A stretch of DNA of 64,000 nucleotides from an uncultured Gemmataceae bacterium (GCA_963750165.1 CAVVPN010000003.1:3104001-3168000); one strand, 5' to 3'. Positions 27,678 through 37,659 are shown, counted from the stretch's first letter. The notes: generated by a model from the letters alone, not told the origin. Numbers and translations are program-made.

Positions 27678-28241
27678 ATGCAGACCGAAATCACCGGCAA
27701 GGTTTACGTCCTGGGCGACAATGTCGATACCGACCAGATCATCCCGGCTCAGTACCTGACGTACAACCCGGCCATCCCGGAGGAGTTCCGCCAGTTCGGC
27801 AAGTACGCGCTGAGCAGCGTACCGCCGGGCCAGGCTGGACTGCCCAAGGGTCATGTGCCGTTCCACACCGACGACGAGTTCGTCTCGCCATACCAGATCA
27901 TCGTGGCCGGCCGCAATTTCGGCTGCGGTTCGTCGCGTGAACACGCGCCGATCGCGCTGAAGGCGGCGGGCATTGTCGCGGTGGTGGCGGAGTTCTACGC
28001 CCGCATCTTCTACCGCAACAGCGTCAACGGCGGCTACCTCATCCCCATCGAGAGTGAGGGCCGCCTGTGCGACAGCGTCTGCACTGGCGACGCACTGCGC
28101 ATCGACCTGGTGAACAATCGGCTGTTCAACGTCACGACCAGCGAGCAGTGGCCGCTGAAGTCGCTGGGTGAGGTGGCGCCGATCATCGCCGCGGGCGGTG
28201 TGTTCGCCTACGCGCGGCAACAAGGGTTGCTGAAGACCTGA
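27678..28241 (+). CDS. leuD: 3-isopropylmalate dehydratase small subunit
   Basis: GDNVDTDQIIPA, GRNFGCGSSREHA, ARIFYRNSVNGG, AGGVFAY. Confidence 0.9.
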   Translation: MQTEITGKVYVLGDNVDTDQIIPAQYLTYNPAIPEEFRQFGKYALSSVPPGQAGLPKGHVPFHTDDEFVSPYQIIVAGRNFGCGSSREHAPIALKAAGIVAVVAEFYARIFYRNSVNGGYLIPIESEGRLCDSVCTGDALRIDLVNNRLFNVTTSEQWPLKSLGEVAPIIAAGGVFAYARQQGLLKT

Positions 28242-28247
28242 GCCGGC

Positions 28248-29792
28248 TCATTCCGGCAGGGGTTTGCCGCGCGTCTCCGGCGCCAGCCAGATGATCGCCA
28301 TGCCCACCAGGTAGATCAGGCTCATGAGCGAGCACGCTTGCGGATATCCCAGCTTCGGGTCCGAGCCGCCCAGCAGGCTGATGAGTGCCCCCGTTTGCAG
28401 CGCCCCGACCGCCGCCAGGATGCGGCCGAAATTGAAGCTGAACCCCTGACCGAACGCCCGCACGGCCGTCGGGAACAGCTCCGGCAAGTATAGCGGCAGC
28501 CAACCGTAGAACGACGCCGTCAGGCCGCCCGCGAAGAACACCGCCACGAGAAACAGCGGCCCGTATTCCTGGGTCAGTTGGAAAAAGATCAGGCTCGACG
28601 CCAGGGAACCGGCACACAACAGCGTGTACGCCAGGCGCCGGCTGCACCACCGGTCGAGCAGGGCCCCGAGAATCGTTCCCAGGACCGCGCCGACCGCCGA
28701 CCAGCACTGCGTCCACGCCTTGGCCTCGGGGATGCGGCCCTCGACCAACTTGTCCGCCCAGACGGACGCCCACTGAATCGACGCCCAGGTGCCCAGCAGC
28801 GCCACCCCACCCAGGCACGCGCCCAGCAGCATCCGCCGCAGCACCGGGTTTGCCAGGGTCGGAGCCGGCGCCGCCCCAGGCTGCCCCGCCTGCGCCCGTT
28901 GCAGGTAGCGGATCACCGGGAACGTGTAGCCGGCCAGCACGCACGCCAGGCACGCCAGCGACACCGGCAGCCGCACCGCCAGCGGGAATTCGTCGCCGCC
29001 CTGCAGCGGCGGCGCCCAGACATAAATCATGACGCAGGCCGCCACCGCCCCGCCCAGCACCCCGACCAGGTCGCGCGCCGCCCAGTGCGAGGTGCCGCCC
29101 TTGCTTTGTTCGTGCCGCCACTTCTCCGACTCCGGCACGAACAGCCGAATCAGGAACGTCAACAGCGCCGGCAGCGCCCCGGCCAGGAGCAGCAGCCGCC
29201 ACCCCGAGTTGCGCACCAACAAGGCAGCGGTGGCTTCCGCGAACCCCATTCCCAGCAGGCCGGCTTCAATTTGCTTGAGGACCGCGCCCAACCCCAGCCC
29301 GAGCAACGCCACCATCAGGTAACCGACGTTCGCCGCCGCCCCGATGAGTCCGGCCAGCAGCGCCCGCGACTGGTTCGGCCAGATTTCCATCACCAGGGCC
29401 ACGCCCAGCGCCCACTCGCCGCCCATGCCCAGCGCCGACATGAAGCGGAGAATGGCGATCTGTTCTGGGGAATTGGCCAGGCCGCACAGACCGCTGAAGA
29501 CCGAGTAAGTCAGCACGCTGAGGGTCATCGCCCGGACGCGGCCGAGACGGTCGCCGAGCCAGCCAAACAACACGCCGCCCGTCGCCGCCCCGACCAGGAA
29601 GCACGCCGTCGCCACGCCGAACCAGCGGCCAATCAGGCCGTCGTCAGCGGTGCCGAGCAGGTCGCTGATCGCCGGCCGGGCCACCAGCGGAAACAGGCCC
29701 ATCTCCAGGCCGTCGAACATCCAGCCCAGCAGTGCCGCCGTCAACGCCAGCCACTTGCCCTGCTTCGCCTGACCTGCCACTGGCTCGCCCAT
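28248..29792 (-). CDS. MFS transporter (sialate:H+ symporter-like)
   Basis: GWMFDGLE, GWLGDRLGR motif A, GMGGEW, PELFPTAVRA.GQGF.FNFGR, PETRGKPLP; many TM segments. Confidence 0.9.
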   Translation of the reverse strand: MGEPVAGQAKQGKWLALTAALLGWMFDGLEMGLFPLVARPAISDLLGTADDGLIGRWFGVATACFLVGAATGGVLFGWLGDRLGRVRAMTLSVLTYSVFSGLCGLANSPEQIAILRFMSALGMGGEWALGVALVMEIWPNQSRALLAGLIGAAANVGYLMVALLGLGLGAVLKQIEAGLLGMGFAEATAALLVRNSGWRLLLLAGALPALLTFLIRLFVPESEKWRHEQSKGGTSHWAARDLVGVLGGAVAACVMIYVWAPPLQGGDEFPLAVRLPVSLACLACVLAGYTFPVIRYLQRAQAGQPGAAPAPTLANPVLRRMLLGACLGGVALLGTWASIQWASVWADKLVEGRIPEAKAWTQCWSAVGAVLGTILGALLDRWCSRRLAYTLLCAGSLASSLIFFQLTQEYGPLFLVAVFFAGGLTASFYGWLPLYLPELFPTAVRAFGQGFSFNFGRILAAVGALQTGALISLLGGSDPKLGYPQACSLMSLIYLVGMAIIWLAPETRGKPLPE

Positions 29793-29985
29793 GACCGCCG
29801 CCTTCGTTCGGGGTGTTCGCGGAGAGTGATGCGACTCTGCCCAGCATAACGGCCCGCCGGGGACGGTCAAACAAATTGCCAAACGCGGATCGGATCGACG
29901 GCGGCGGACACCTTCCCCTTTGCCCGGCGGGCCGATAGGAATACCTGCGAATGGCTGATTCCAACAACAGAGGGAGTGGACTGTC

Positions 29986-30734
29986 ATGCTGCGATTGGGA
30001 CTGCGGATGGGGAGTGTGCTGGTCGTGGGCGTGGCCGGCTGGCTGCTGGTCGGCGCCGGCGGCGCGGGCGGGCCGGGCGGTAAGGCGCTGCTGCCGAAGG
30101 CGGACTTCGACGCCCTGGTCAAGCACGACGCCAAGGTGGTCGCGGACCTCCTGACCAAGGGCGCCCCGGACAAGAAGACCACGCGCAAGGTCAAGGCGGC
30201 CGCGTACATGATCGCCGCCTATGGCCACGTCAACGGCGCCAAGGACTACGCCGCCGCCGGCCAGCAACTCATCAAGCTGATCGAGGACGGCAAGCACAAG
30301 GAAGCCGCGGACCTGGCCAAGGCGCTGGGGCGCTCAAGCCCGCTGCCGGCGGCAAGGCCGGGCCGCTGGGCAAGGCGCTGGACCTCGGCGAGGTCATGCA
30401 CCAGTTCTCCAGCGAGCGCGTCGGCGGCTTCGGCATCGAGAAGGAACTGGGCGACCTGACCGAGGCCAAGGATCTGACGCCGGCGCAACTTCAGCATGTG
30501 GCGCGGCTGGGCTACAAGTTGGCGACGGTCGGCCAGGCGGCGCTGGAGTACAAGGAGGAGCGCAACGAGGGCGGCCAGAAGACCGCCGCGAACTGGGTGG
30601 CGCACGCGGAGCAGTTCCGCAAGGCGGCGCTGGACCTGGCGGCCGCGGCCCAGTCCAAAAATGTCCAGGCCACCCAGGGGGCGCTGGAGAAGGTCAACAC
30701 CAGCTGCGTCAAGTGCCACGACATCTTCCGCTGA
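29986..30734 (+). CDS. Secreted cytochrome c'-like (class II) protein; frameshift at G-run 30327-30330
   Basis: Signal peptide in ORF 29986 and C-terminal CVKCHDIFR heme motif in ORF 30396. Adding one G gives continuous KALGALKPAAGGKAGPLGKALDLGEVMHQF. Confidence 0.75.
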
Positions 30735-30762
30735 GCGGCGTGGCCGCCTGAGATCACCATTT

Positions 30763-30796
30763 CCGGCGTAGCGCCACATTCTCGGCGCTACGCCGG
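30763..30796. terminator. Hairpin downstream of the cytochrome gene
   Basis: CCGGCGTAGCGCC-8nt-GGCGCTACGCCGG; no U-tract, so could be a REP. Confidence 0.4.
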
Positions 30797-30817
30797 TCAG
30801 GTATGAGGGGGAAGCCC

Positions 30818-31327
30818 GTGAGCGAGGATCGACGCGTCTACTGCTCTTTCTGCGAGCAGACCTACCTCACCAGTGATCTGGAGAAATGCTCCCTCTGCCG
30901 CAAGGCCGGTGGCCTCGTTGACCCGTCGAGCCCGGCGGCGCTGGGTCAGCTGGTCGCCAGCAAGCGGCAGCAGTCCAGCCCCGCGGAACAATTTCAGGAA
31001 GTGCTTGCCACCGGCGTCGAGATCGCCCTGTTGCTGAGGCAACTGGTGCTCCTGGTCGGCCTCGGCGTGCTGCTGATCGGGTTTGGCGCGGTGCTGATCT
31101 TCGTGCCGGACCTGCGTTCCAACCCGCGGCGGTTGTCCTATGAGGAACTGTTACTCGGCTTCGGGGTTGCTGCGGGCGGCGGGGTGTTGCTCGTGTGGGC
31201 CGCGGTCGTCTGGCGGCGCGCGAAAGCCAACGCGGCAGCTCGCGCCCGGGCGCGGGACGCTCAATCCCCAGCGGACCAGGTCACGACCTCCTTGCCGGCC
31301 TTGCGCAGCAGCCAGGACAACCCGTAA
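30818..31327 (+). CDS. Hypothetical membrane protein with N-terminal Zn-ribbon
   Basis: CSFC...CSLC followed by two hydrophobic helices; GAGGGG RBS before GTG 30818. Confidence 0.6.
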   Translation: MSEDRRVYCSFCEQTYLTSDLEKCSLCRKAGGLVDPSSPAALGQLVASKRQQSSPAEQFQEVLATGVEIALLLRQLVLLVGLGVLLIGFGAVLIFVPDLRSNPRRLSYEELLLGFGVAAGGGVLLVWAAVVWRRAKANAAARARARDAQSPADQVTTSLPALRSSQDNP

Positions 31328-31553
31328 CCGCCGCCATCGACGCGGAGGAGGCGCGGCAGGTTGGGCGAAGCGATGAGAGCCTCCCACAAGTCTTCAGCCG
31401 GTTCCTCGACATGCAGCACCAGGGGCCATCATTTCGCGGCCTTGAGAGACCGAGAAGTCCTGTCACGCCAGGGCGGGGCGCGTCGTCGTCAGGGCGGTCC
31501 AGGACAGCCTGGAAGAGGGCCTGTACCGGGTCAGGAGCACGTCGCTTTGCCAT
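31325..31553 (-). pseudogene. Internally deleted TIGR02996-like (repeat-companion/LRR) gene remnant
   Basis: MAKRRAPDPVQALFQAVLDRPDDDAPR breaks before the usual L.YADWL. A second frame gives LVLHVEEPAEDLWEALIASPNLPRLL, like the LRR-type tail. Confidence 0.55.
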
Positions 31554-31591
31554 GTGGGCATCTTACGGCGCCTTCGCGGTTCCTGCGTAAC

Positions 31592-31620
31592 TTGACGCTC
31601 CCGCTGTGATTGGTCACACT
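31592..31620 (+). promoter_or_regulatory. Putative sigma70-type promoter for the kinase
   Basis: TTGACG-N17-CACACT about 40 bp upstream of ATG 31663. Confidence 0.4.
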
Positions 31621-31662
31621 AAACCTGAAAGCCCGCAGCCGGCACAGACTGAGGCCCCTGGG

Positions 31663-34600
31663 ATGACCGACTCGACTCTGCCGACCCCCAACCCGCCGCC
31701 GCCGACCACCGCGCCGACCATCGTCGCCGACAGCCCGCAGTCTGTCGCCCCTACGGACCTCAGCGCCGGCGCCGCGCCGCAACGCCTCGGCGACTACGAA
31801 CTGCTCGCGGAGATCGGCCGCGGTGGCATGGGCGTCGTCTACAAGGCCCGACACGTCCGCCTCGGCCGCATCGTCGCCCTCAAGATGATCCTCGGCGGCG
31901 CGCTGGCTCGCCCCGAGGATTTGCAGCGCTTTCAGACCGAGGCCGCCGCCGCTGCCCAGCTGCAGCACCCCAACATCGTCGCGCTTTACGAGGCCGGCAC
32001 CTTTGAACAGCAGCCGTACTTCTCGATGGAGTACGTCCCCGGCAGCAGCCTGGCTCAGCGCGTCAGCCTGGGCCCGCTGCCGGGCCGCCTGGCCGCGTCG
32101 TACCTGGAGAAGACCGCCCGTGCCGTCCACTACGCCCACAGCCGCGGCGTCATCCACCGTGACCTCAAGCCCGCCAACGTGCTGCTCGACGAGCACGACC
32201 AGCCCAAGGTCGCCGACTTCGGCCTGGCCAAACTGGTGCAGACCGACTCCGGCCAGACCCGCACCGGCGCCGTCATCGGCACGCCCAGCTACATGGCCCC
32301 CGAACAGGCCGCCGCCAGCAAAACCCTCGGCCCCGCCTGTGACGTGTACAGCCTCGGCGCCATCCTTTACGAACTGCTCACCGGCGTCCCGCCGTTCCGC
32401 GGCGAGACCGCCCTGGCGACGCTGAACCTGGTCGCCGAGGCCGACCCGGTGCCGCCGCGGTTGCTGAACCCGCGTGTCGATGCCGATCTGGAGACGATCT
32501 GCCTGAAGTGCCTGGAAAAAGAACCCGCCCGGCGCTACGTCAGCGCCGAGGCCCTGGCCGACGACCTGCGCCGCTACCTCGATGGCGAGCCGATCACCGC
32601 TCGCCGCCTGGGCCGCCTGGGCCGCGCCCTGAAGTGGTGCCATCGCCAGCCCGCCGCCGCGGCGCTGCTGGCCGTGACGGCGCTGGCGGTTGTCGGGCTG
32701 GTCGTCGCCCTGGTGGCGTTCGGCATCCAGGGCCGCCAGGTCGCCGAGGAGGAGCGCAAGCTACGCGAGACTGCGGACGAGCAGCGGCGGCTGGCAGAAG
32801 ACGCCGGGCGGCGTGCCAAGACCGGTCTGGACACGGTCAATTACCTGCTCTACGTCGGCCAGATGCGCCAGGCCCAGCACGCCATCGAGGCGGCCGGGCT
32901 GGACCGGGCCAACAAGCTGCTGGCCCACTGGCAGCCAAAGCGGCCCGGCGACACCGACCTGCGCGGCTGGGAGTGGTACTACCTGAAAAACCTGTGCGGC
33001 CCCCGCTTCACCCTCTGGCAGCCGCCGCCGCGGACGGGCGCCGACCTGGCCGGGCCGCCCTGGGTCACGGCCGTGGCGTATCACCCACTCGGCAAATTGC
33101 TGGCCGCGGCAGAGGGTCAGCCGGGCAAGCCGGGCGAGGTCCGCGTCTGGGATCTGACCACGGCGAAGGTGCTGTACACGCTGCGCGGCCACCGCAACAG
33201 CATCACGGCGCTGGCCTACAGCCCCGACGGCAAATGGCTGGCCAGCGCCAGCACTGATCAGACCGTCAAAATCTGGGAAGGCGCCGGCCCCGCCCTGCTG
33301 GCAACGTTGACCGGCCGCAGCCGTCAGATGGGGGTCGCCTTCAGCCCGGACGGCAAGATTCTGGCTTCGGGCGGCGGCGATGGCCAGGTGCAGCTGTGGC
33401 CGCTCGACCGTGGGCCGCGCAGCGATCTGAAACCGCTGCGGACGCTGGCGGGGCTGAAGGCGGTCAACGGCGTGGCCTTCAGTGCGAAAGGCGGCTGGCT
33501 GGCGGCCGGCGGCCTGGGCGAGCGCCAGCAGGTCCACGTCTGGGACACCAGCACCTGGCAGCTGCGGCGCCGCTTCGATCACGACGGCGAGGTCACCTGC
33601 GTGGCGTTCAATGCCGACGGCACCCTGCTGGCCGCGGGCGGCGGCCGTGGCAGCAAGCGCGGCGCGGTGAAGTTGTGGGATCTTCAGAACGCCACCGTGC
33701 GCGCCGGCTACGACCACCTCTCGGATCGCATCCTGAGCGTGGCGTTCGACGGCCGAGCCGCGGCGGACGAGGAGTGGTGGGCGGCAGCCGGCAACGACGG
33801 CATTGTGCGCATCTGGGAGGGAACCTCACGCGGCGAGCCGGTACGGCTGCGCGGCGATCCGCAGCGCGTGTTCACCCTGGCGTTTAGCCCGGACGGGCGG
33901 CGGCTGGCGGCGGGCGGTCGCGCCGGCCGCGTCCACTTCTGGAACCGCGACGGCGGCAATGAAGTGCGGCTGTGGCCGGGCGAGTGTCAGCCGGAGTGGG
34001 TCGCCTTCGGCCCGAAGGGAAATACCCTCGCCGCCGCCGGTGCGCGCGCAGGTCAGGAGGGCCAGCTGCTGCTGTACGCGCTGGACAGCGACCGGCCGCT
34101 GCAAAAGCTGAGCGGCCCGACCGTGGGCAACCGCGGCGTGGCCTACAGCGCCGACGGCCGCTGGTTGGTGACCGCTGGCGTGGACCATGTGGTACGAGCC
34201 TTCCCGCTGGTGGGTGGCAAGATCGGCCCGCCGGTCGAATTCGCGGGCCACACTCGCACCGTGACGGCGGTCGCCATCGACCCGACCAGCACCCGTATTG
34301 CCTCGGCCAGCGATGACGAACAGATCCGCGTCTGGGACCTGGCGAGGCGCAAGCTGGAGCGGGTGCTGCAGGGTCACGGCAACGGCGTGCTGGCGGTGGC
34401 GTTCAGCCCGGACGGCGGCCGGCTGGTCTCGGGCAGCGTGGACCGGACGGTGCGCGTCTGGAACCTGGCGACGGGGAGCCACATCAAGCTGGAGGGCCAC
34501 ACGGGCTCGGTGAAGGCGGTGGCGTTCCATCCGGACGGCCGGCAGGTGGCGTCGGCCGGCGTGGACCGCACCATCCGTCTGTGGAACCTGGACGACGGCA

Positions 34601-34854
34601 GGACGGTCAAGCTGGAGGGCTCGGGCGGCGTGATCGCGGCGCTGGCGTACCATCCGCGCGACCGGCGACTGGCCAGCGCCGGCGACGACCGGTCGGTGCG
34701 GCTGTGGGACCTGGTGGCCGGGCAGGAGATTCTGGAGCTAACGGGCGCCACGGGGCCGCTGGCGAGCGTGGCGTTCAGCGCGGACGGCCGTTATCTGGCC
34801 TGCTCCGGGTCGCAGACGCCGGTGCGCGTCTGGGAGGCGCCGGGAGCGCGGTAG
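31663..34854 (+). CDS. Hanks-type Ser/Thr protein kinase with TM helix and WD40 repeats
   Basis: IGRGGMGVVY, VALKM, HRDLKPAN, DFGLAK, GTPSYMAPEQ, DVYSLG; TM; DLRGWEW linker; many GH...FSPDG...WD repeats. Confidence 0.95.
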   Translation: MTDSTLPTPNPPPPTTAPTIVADSPQSVAPTDLSAGAAPQRLGDYELLAEIGRGGMGVVYKARHVRLGRIVALKMILGGALARPEDLQRFQTEAAAAAQLQHPNIVALYEAGTFEQQPYFSMEYVPGSSLAQRVSLGPLPGRLAASYLEKTARAVHYAHSRGVIHRDLKPANVLLDEHDQPKVADFGLAKLVQTDSGQTRTGAVIGTPSYMAPEQAAASKTLGPACDVYSLGAILYELLTGVPPFRGETALATLNLVAEADPVPPRLLNPRVDADLETICLKCLEKEPARRYVSAEALADDLRRYLDGEPITARRLGRLGRALKWCHRQPAAAALLAVTALAVVGLVVALVAFGIQGRQVAEEERKLRETADEQRRLAEDAGRRAKTGLDTVNYLLYVGQMRQAQHAIEAAGLDRANKLLAHWQPKRPGDTDLRGWEWYYLKNLCGPRFTLWQPPPRTGADLAGPPWVTAVAYHPLGKLLAAAEGQPGKPGEVRVWDLTTAKVLYTLRGHRNSITALAYSPDGKWLASASTDQTVKIWEGAGPALLATLTGRSRQMGVAFSPDGKILASGGGDGQVQLWPLDRGPRSDLKPLRTLAGLKAVNGVAFSAKGGWLAAGGLGERQQVHVWDTSTWQLRRRFDHDGEVTCVAFNADGTLLAAGGGRGSKRGAVKLWDLQNATVRAGYDHLSDRILSVAFDGRAAADEEWWAAAGNDGIVRIWEGTSRGEPVRLRGDPQRVFTLAFSPDGRRLAAGGRAGRVHFWNRDGGNEVRLWPGECQPEWVAFGPKGNTLAAAGARAGQEGQLLLYALDSDRPLQKLSGPTVGNRGVAYSADGRWLVTAGVDHVVRAFPLVGGKIGPPVEFAGHTRTVTAVAIDPTSTRIASASDDEQIRVWDLARRKLERVLQGHGNGVLAVAFSPDGGRLVSGSVDRTVRVWNLATGSHIKLEGHTGSVKAVAFHPDGRQVASAGVDRTIRLWNLDDGRTVKLEGSGGVIAALAYHPRDRRLASAGDDRSVRLWDLVAGQEILELTGATGPLASVAFSADGRYLACSGSQTPVRVWEAPGAR

Positions 34855-34865
34855 CGGTCGCCGGG

Positions 34866-35840
34866 TCAACCGGGGGCGTTCAGGACCGGAACAATGGCCT
34901 CGGCCCGTGTGGGCGGTGCCCGCACGGCCCGGGCGGCCTGGGCGGCGCGGCGAATCCAGAAGCGGTCGGACACCCACACCGCGTAGAAGGGGAACATGTA
35001 AAAGCTGAACCAACCGACTTCGATGGTCAGCCAGATGCCCAGGTGGAACAGCAGGCCGAACAGCAGCGCGGGCGTCCGCGTCCAGCGGTTCAGCACCAGC
35101 AGCGGGAACAGTGTCTCCCACCAGACGGAGGTGTACGTCAGCACGGCGGTGATCCAGAGCGGCACCGGCAGCTGAGCGTACGACCAGCGACTCATGGTCA
35201 CGTAGTTGAGCACGTAATGCACCGAGGTGCCGTCCCACCAGGTCCCTTCCAGGAATCCCGTTCCCTCCAGTTTGACCAGGCCGGTGGTCAGGTAAATCAT
35301 GCACAGCTGGATTTGCAGCACGCGCACCGGCCAGGGCGGCGTCACGTCCGGCAGCGGCTTGCCGGCGCGGCGGGCCTGCCAGGCGTCCACCGACAGCGCG
35401 TAGCCGCTGGGGCCGAGCATCAGCAGGAACAGACCCACCTGCAGGGCGTCGTCGCCGCCGTTGGTGATGTTCGGGTTGCGGTTGATGAAGCACAGCGTCA
35501 GGAACCAGACCAGGACGCTCATCAACCGGCTGTGCCAGCCGACCAGCAGCAGCGCCGTGGCCGCGACCCAGAGCGCGAACAGCGTGGCCACGATGGCCAT
35601 CTGGTCAGTGTTGAACAGCAAGACAGTCCAGTGCCAGTGGCGGAGCTGATAGGCGTCGTGCAGGCCCTCAGGGGCCACGCCGGTGGCGCCGTAGAACTCC
35701 TGCAAGTTTGGTAGCAGCTGGAACAGCTGGTCGGTCAGCAGCGCCAGCGCCAGGAGGATACGCATCAGGGCCACGCGCTCGGCGCGCACGGGCTCGTGCC
35801 AGAAGCGGGCCCACCAGGATAGTTGCGGGTTCGGGGTCAT
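34866..35840 (-). CDS. HTTM-domain membrane protein (SdpB/vitamin-K-carboxylase-like)
   Basis: VALMRILL, RNPNITNGGD, WPVRVLQIQLCMIY..TGLVKL, WWDGTSV, FHLGI, GWFS. Confidence 0.85.
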   Translation of the reverse strand: MTPNPQLSWWARFWHEPVRAERVALMRILLALALLTDQLFQLLPNLQEFYGATGVAPEGLHDAYQLRHWHWTVLLFNTDQMAIVATLFALWVAATALLLVGWHSRLMSVLVWFLTLCFINRNPNITNGGDDALQVGLFLLMLGPSGYALSVDAWQARRAGKPLPDVTPPWPVRVLQIQLCMIYLTTGLVKLEGTGFLEGTWWDGTSVHYVLNYVTMSRWSYAQLPVPLWITAVLTYTSVWWETLFPLLVLNRWTRTPALLFGLLFHLGIWLTIEVGWFSFYMFPFYAVWVSDRFWIRRAAQAARAVRAPPTRAEAIVPVLNAPG

Positions 35841-36688
35841 GGGGAATCTTTCGGTGGATCAACCGAATCGCCCTTGCGCGTCGCCGGGTCGTAAACGAAG
35901 AACGGGTGGCGGTCGATCTGGCCGGAGTGCTCCGGCGGCCCGCTCTGCGCACGCAGGGATTCGACCGGGTCCACGTCGGGGGACGGCAGCTTGTAGCGCA
36001 CCGCCCTGAGACTGATCTTCACCAGCCGCGCCCCCGCTGCGTTGGTCGCATGACGGTGGGCCAGCAGGTTACAGTAACCCATGCAGTCGCCGAACCGCTC
36101 CTCCTTGACGTGCAGTTCGTGGTCCAGGATTTTCTCCTGATTCCAGTGGGAGTAGTTTGTCAGGTCCACGGGGTCGGCGAGCATGCGGACCTCTTCCCTG
36201 GAGCCATCCGCGTAGGTCAGTTCGGCGCGGGTGACCGTGTTTTTCCTGCGGACGTTGGGCGAGAACATGGGCCACTCCTGATCGAAGCCGAGGAGGTTCT
36301 CGACGAACAGGCAGCGGCTGGACAGCCAGCACATCGCCCACTTGGCCCAGGCCTCGCCGTCGTGCAGGCGCCTGCGGACTCGCCAGTCCGGCCAGGGGCG
36401 CCAGTAGTCCCAGACGGAATCGGCCGACGCGAACAGCTTGCGGGTGAGGGGATCGGGGTGTTCGTCATCGTCGGGCGCCGCCGCCAACTCGGCCAACTCC
36501 GCCCGGGTGGGCAGGCGCTCCGGCATGTTGTCCATCTCGAATTCCTTCCGCCAATCGTCCCACGGCACCAGGACGCTGAAGCTGCGGAAGACGATGTCAA
36601 AGAGGAGCAGGGTGAGGAAGACGCGCATGGGCCAACGGAAGCGCGGGCGCACCGGAGCGGGGGCGGGGGTCGCGGTGTTCTCCATCAT
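35837..36688 (-). CDS. Membrane-anchored partner of the HTTM protein (SdpA/DUF5819-like W-x-M-F motif)
   Basis: N-terminal TM, GFDQEWPMFSPN motif, 4-bp ATGA overlap with the HTTM gene. Confidence 0.65.
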   Translation of the reverse strand: MMENTATPAPAPVRPRFRWPMRVFLTLLLFDIVFRSFSVLVPWDDWRKEFEMDNMPERLPTRAELAELAAAPDDDEHPDPLTRKLFASADSVWDYWRPWPDWRVRRRLHDGEAWAKWAMCWLSSRCLFVENLLGFDQEWPMFSPNVRRKNTVTRAELTYADGSREEVRMLADPVDLTNYSHWNQEKILDHELHVKEERFGDCMGYCNLLAHRHATNAAGARLVKISLRAVRYKLPSPDVDPVESLRAQSGPPEHSGQIDRHPFFVYDPATRKGDSVDPPKDSP

Positions 36689-36894
36689 TGGATGGTTCCC
36701 CGGGCAAGGGCTCTGGAAGCGGGCGGACAGTATCCGGGTATTATCCGGGGGCCAGCGCGGCGGTCAAGTGGCCGAGCCCGGCCGGGGCAGCAGTTGATGG
36801 CGCTCCGCGAACGTGGCGACAAGGGCAATTGAAGCGCTCCGCGAATCGGTGTCGCGGTTGACATTGGCGGTCGTTCGGCGGCGCCATCTGTCAA

Positions 36895-36965
36895 AGCAAG
36901 GGGGCCAAGGGGGCCAAGGGGGCCAACTTTTTCATACGTCGAGATTTGGCCCCCTTGGTCCTGCA
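36895..36965. mobile_element. Partial copy of the MITE-like element core upstream of the MoxR operon
   Basis: GC(AAGGGGGCC)x3-AACTTTTTCATACGTCGAGA is the reverse complement of the 19492 core. Confidence 0.65.
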
Positions 36966-37068
36966 ACCGGCCGTCCCATCAGGTATGCTGGTCCAGGGTG
37001 CTGAACCGGCCCCGGGTGTCCCGTGTCCATTTTGGGGATGGTTTGCGAACCCGTCGGGTTGAGGAACC

Positions 37069-37659
37069 ATGTCGTCGCTCGCCGCATTCCTGGAACCCCT
37101 CCTCCGCGAGGGCCGGGCCGTCCTGCGGGGTCGCCCCGAGCCGATCGCCGGCCCCGACGCACATGCCGTCGCGCTGCTCCGCCGGACCTTCGCCGACCAC
37201 CGCCTCGGCGTCGCCGGGCCGGCCATCGACTTCGACGCTGGCATTGCCCTGGCGGCGGCGGCGCTGGTGTGTCGGGCCTGCTGGTTCCTCGTCAGCCGCG
37301 CTGAACCCGAGGCGGAGCTGGAGCGTACTCTTGTCCTGCCCGGCCCGCCGCGCACGCCCGCGCAGCACCTGTCCGCCGACCTGACGCTGCGCTTGCTGCC
37401 ACAGGTTCACCGCCGCGCTCGCGCCCACAACCCGGCGGACAAACTGACGATGCTGCTTGCGGACGTGCTGCGCCGCTGGCCGCTCAGCGGCGTGCTCGCT
37501 GACGTGGACGAGGAACCGCACACACCGCCCGACTTCGCCGGCCATCACGGGCTGTGGCTGCTGTACGTCGAGCGGCTGGCGCGACACGAACGCGCCGCCT
37601 GGGTGCCCGAAGGCCCGGGCCTGGAATACTGGGAACTGGTCCGGCACACGGCCGGGTGA
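37069..37659 (+). CDS. First component of the MoxR-vWA-beta-propeller system (bpX4-like)
   Basis: GAGG RBS; HLSADLTLRLLP, WPLSGVL, LYVERL; position directly before the MoxR ATPase. Family name is recalled, not searched. Confidence 0.6.
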   Translation: MSSLAAFLEPLLREGRAVLRGRPEPIAGPDAHAVALLRRTFADHRLGVAGPAIDFDAGIALAAAALVCRACWFLVSRAEPEAELERTLVLPGPPRTPAQHLSADLTLRLLPQVHRRARAHNPADKLTMLLADVLRRWPLSGVLADVDEEPHTPPDFAGHHGLWLLYVERLARHERAAWVPEGPGLEYWELVRHTAG

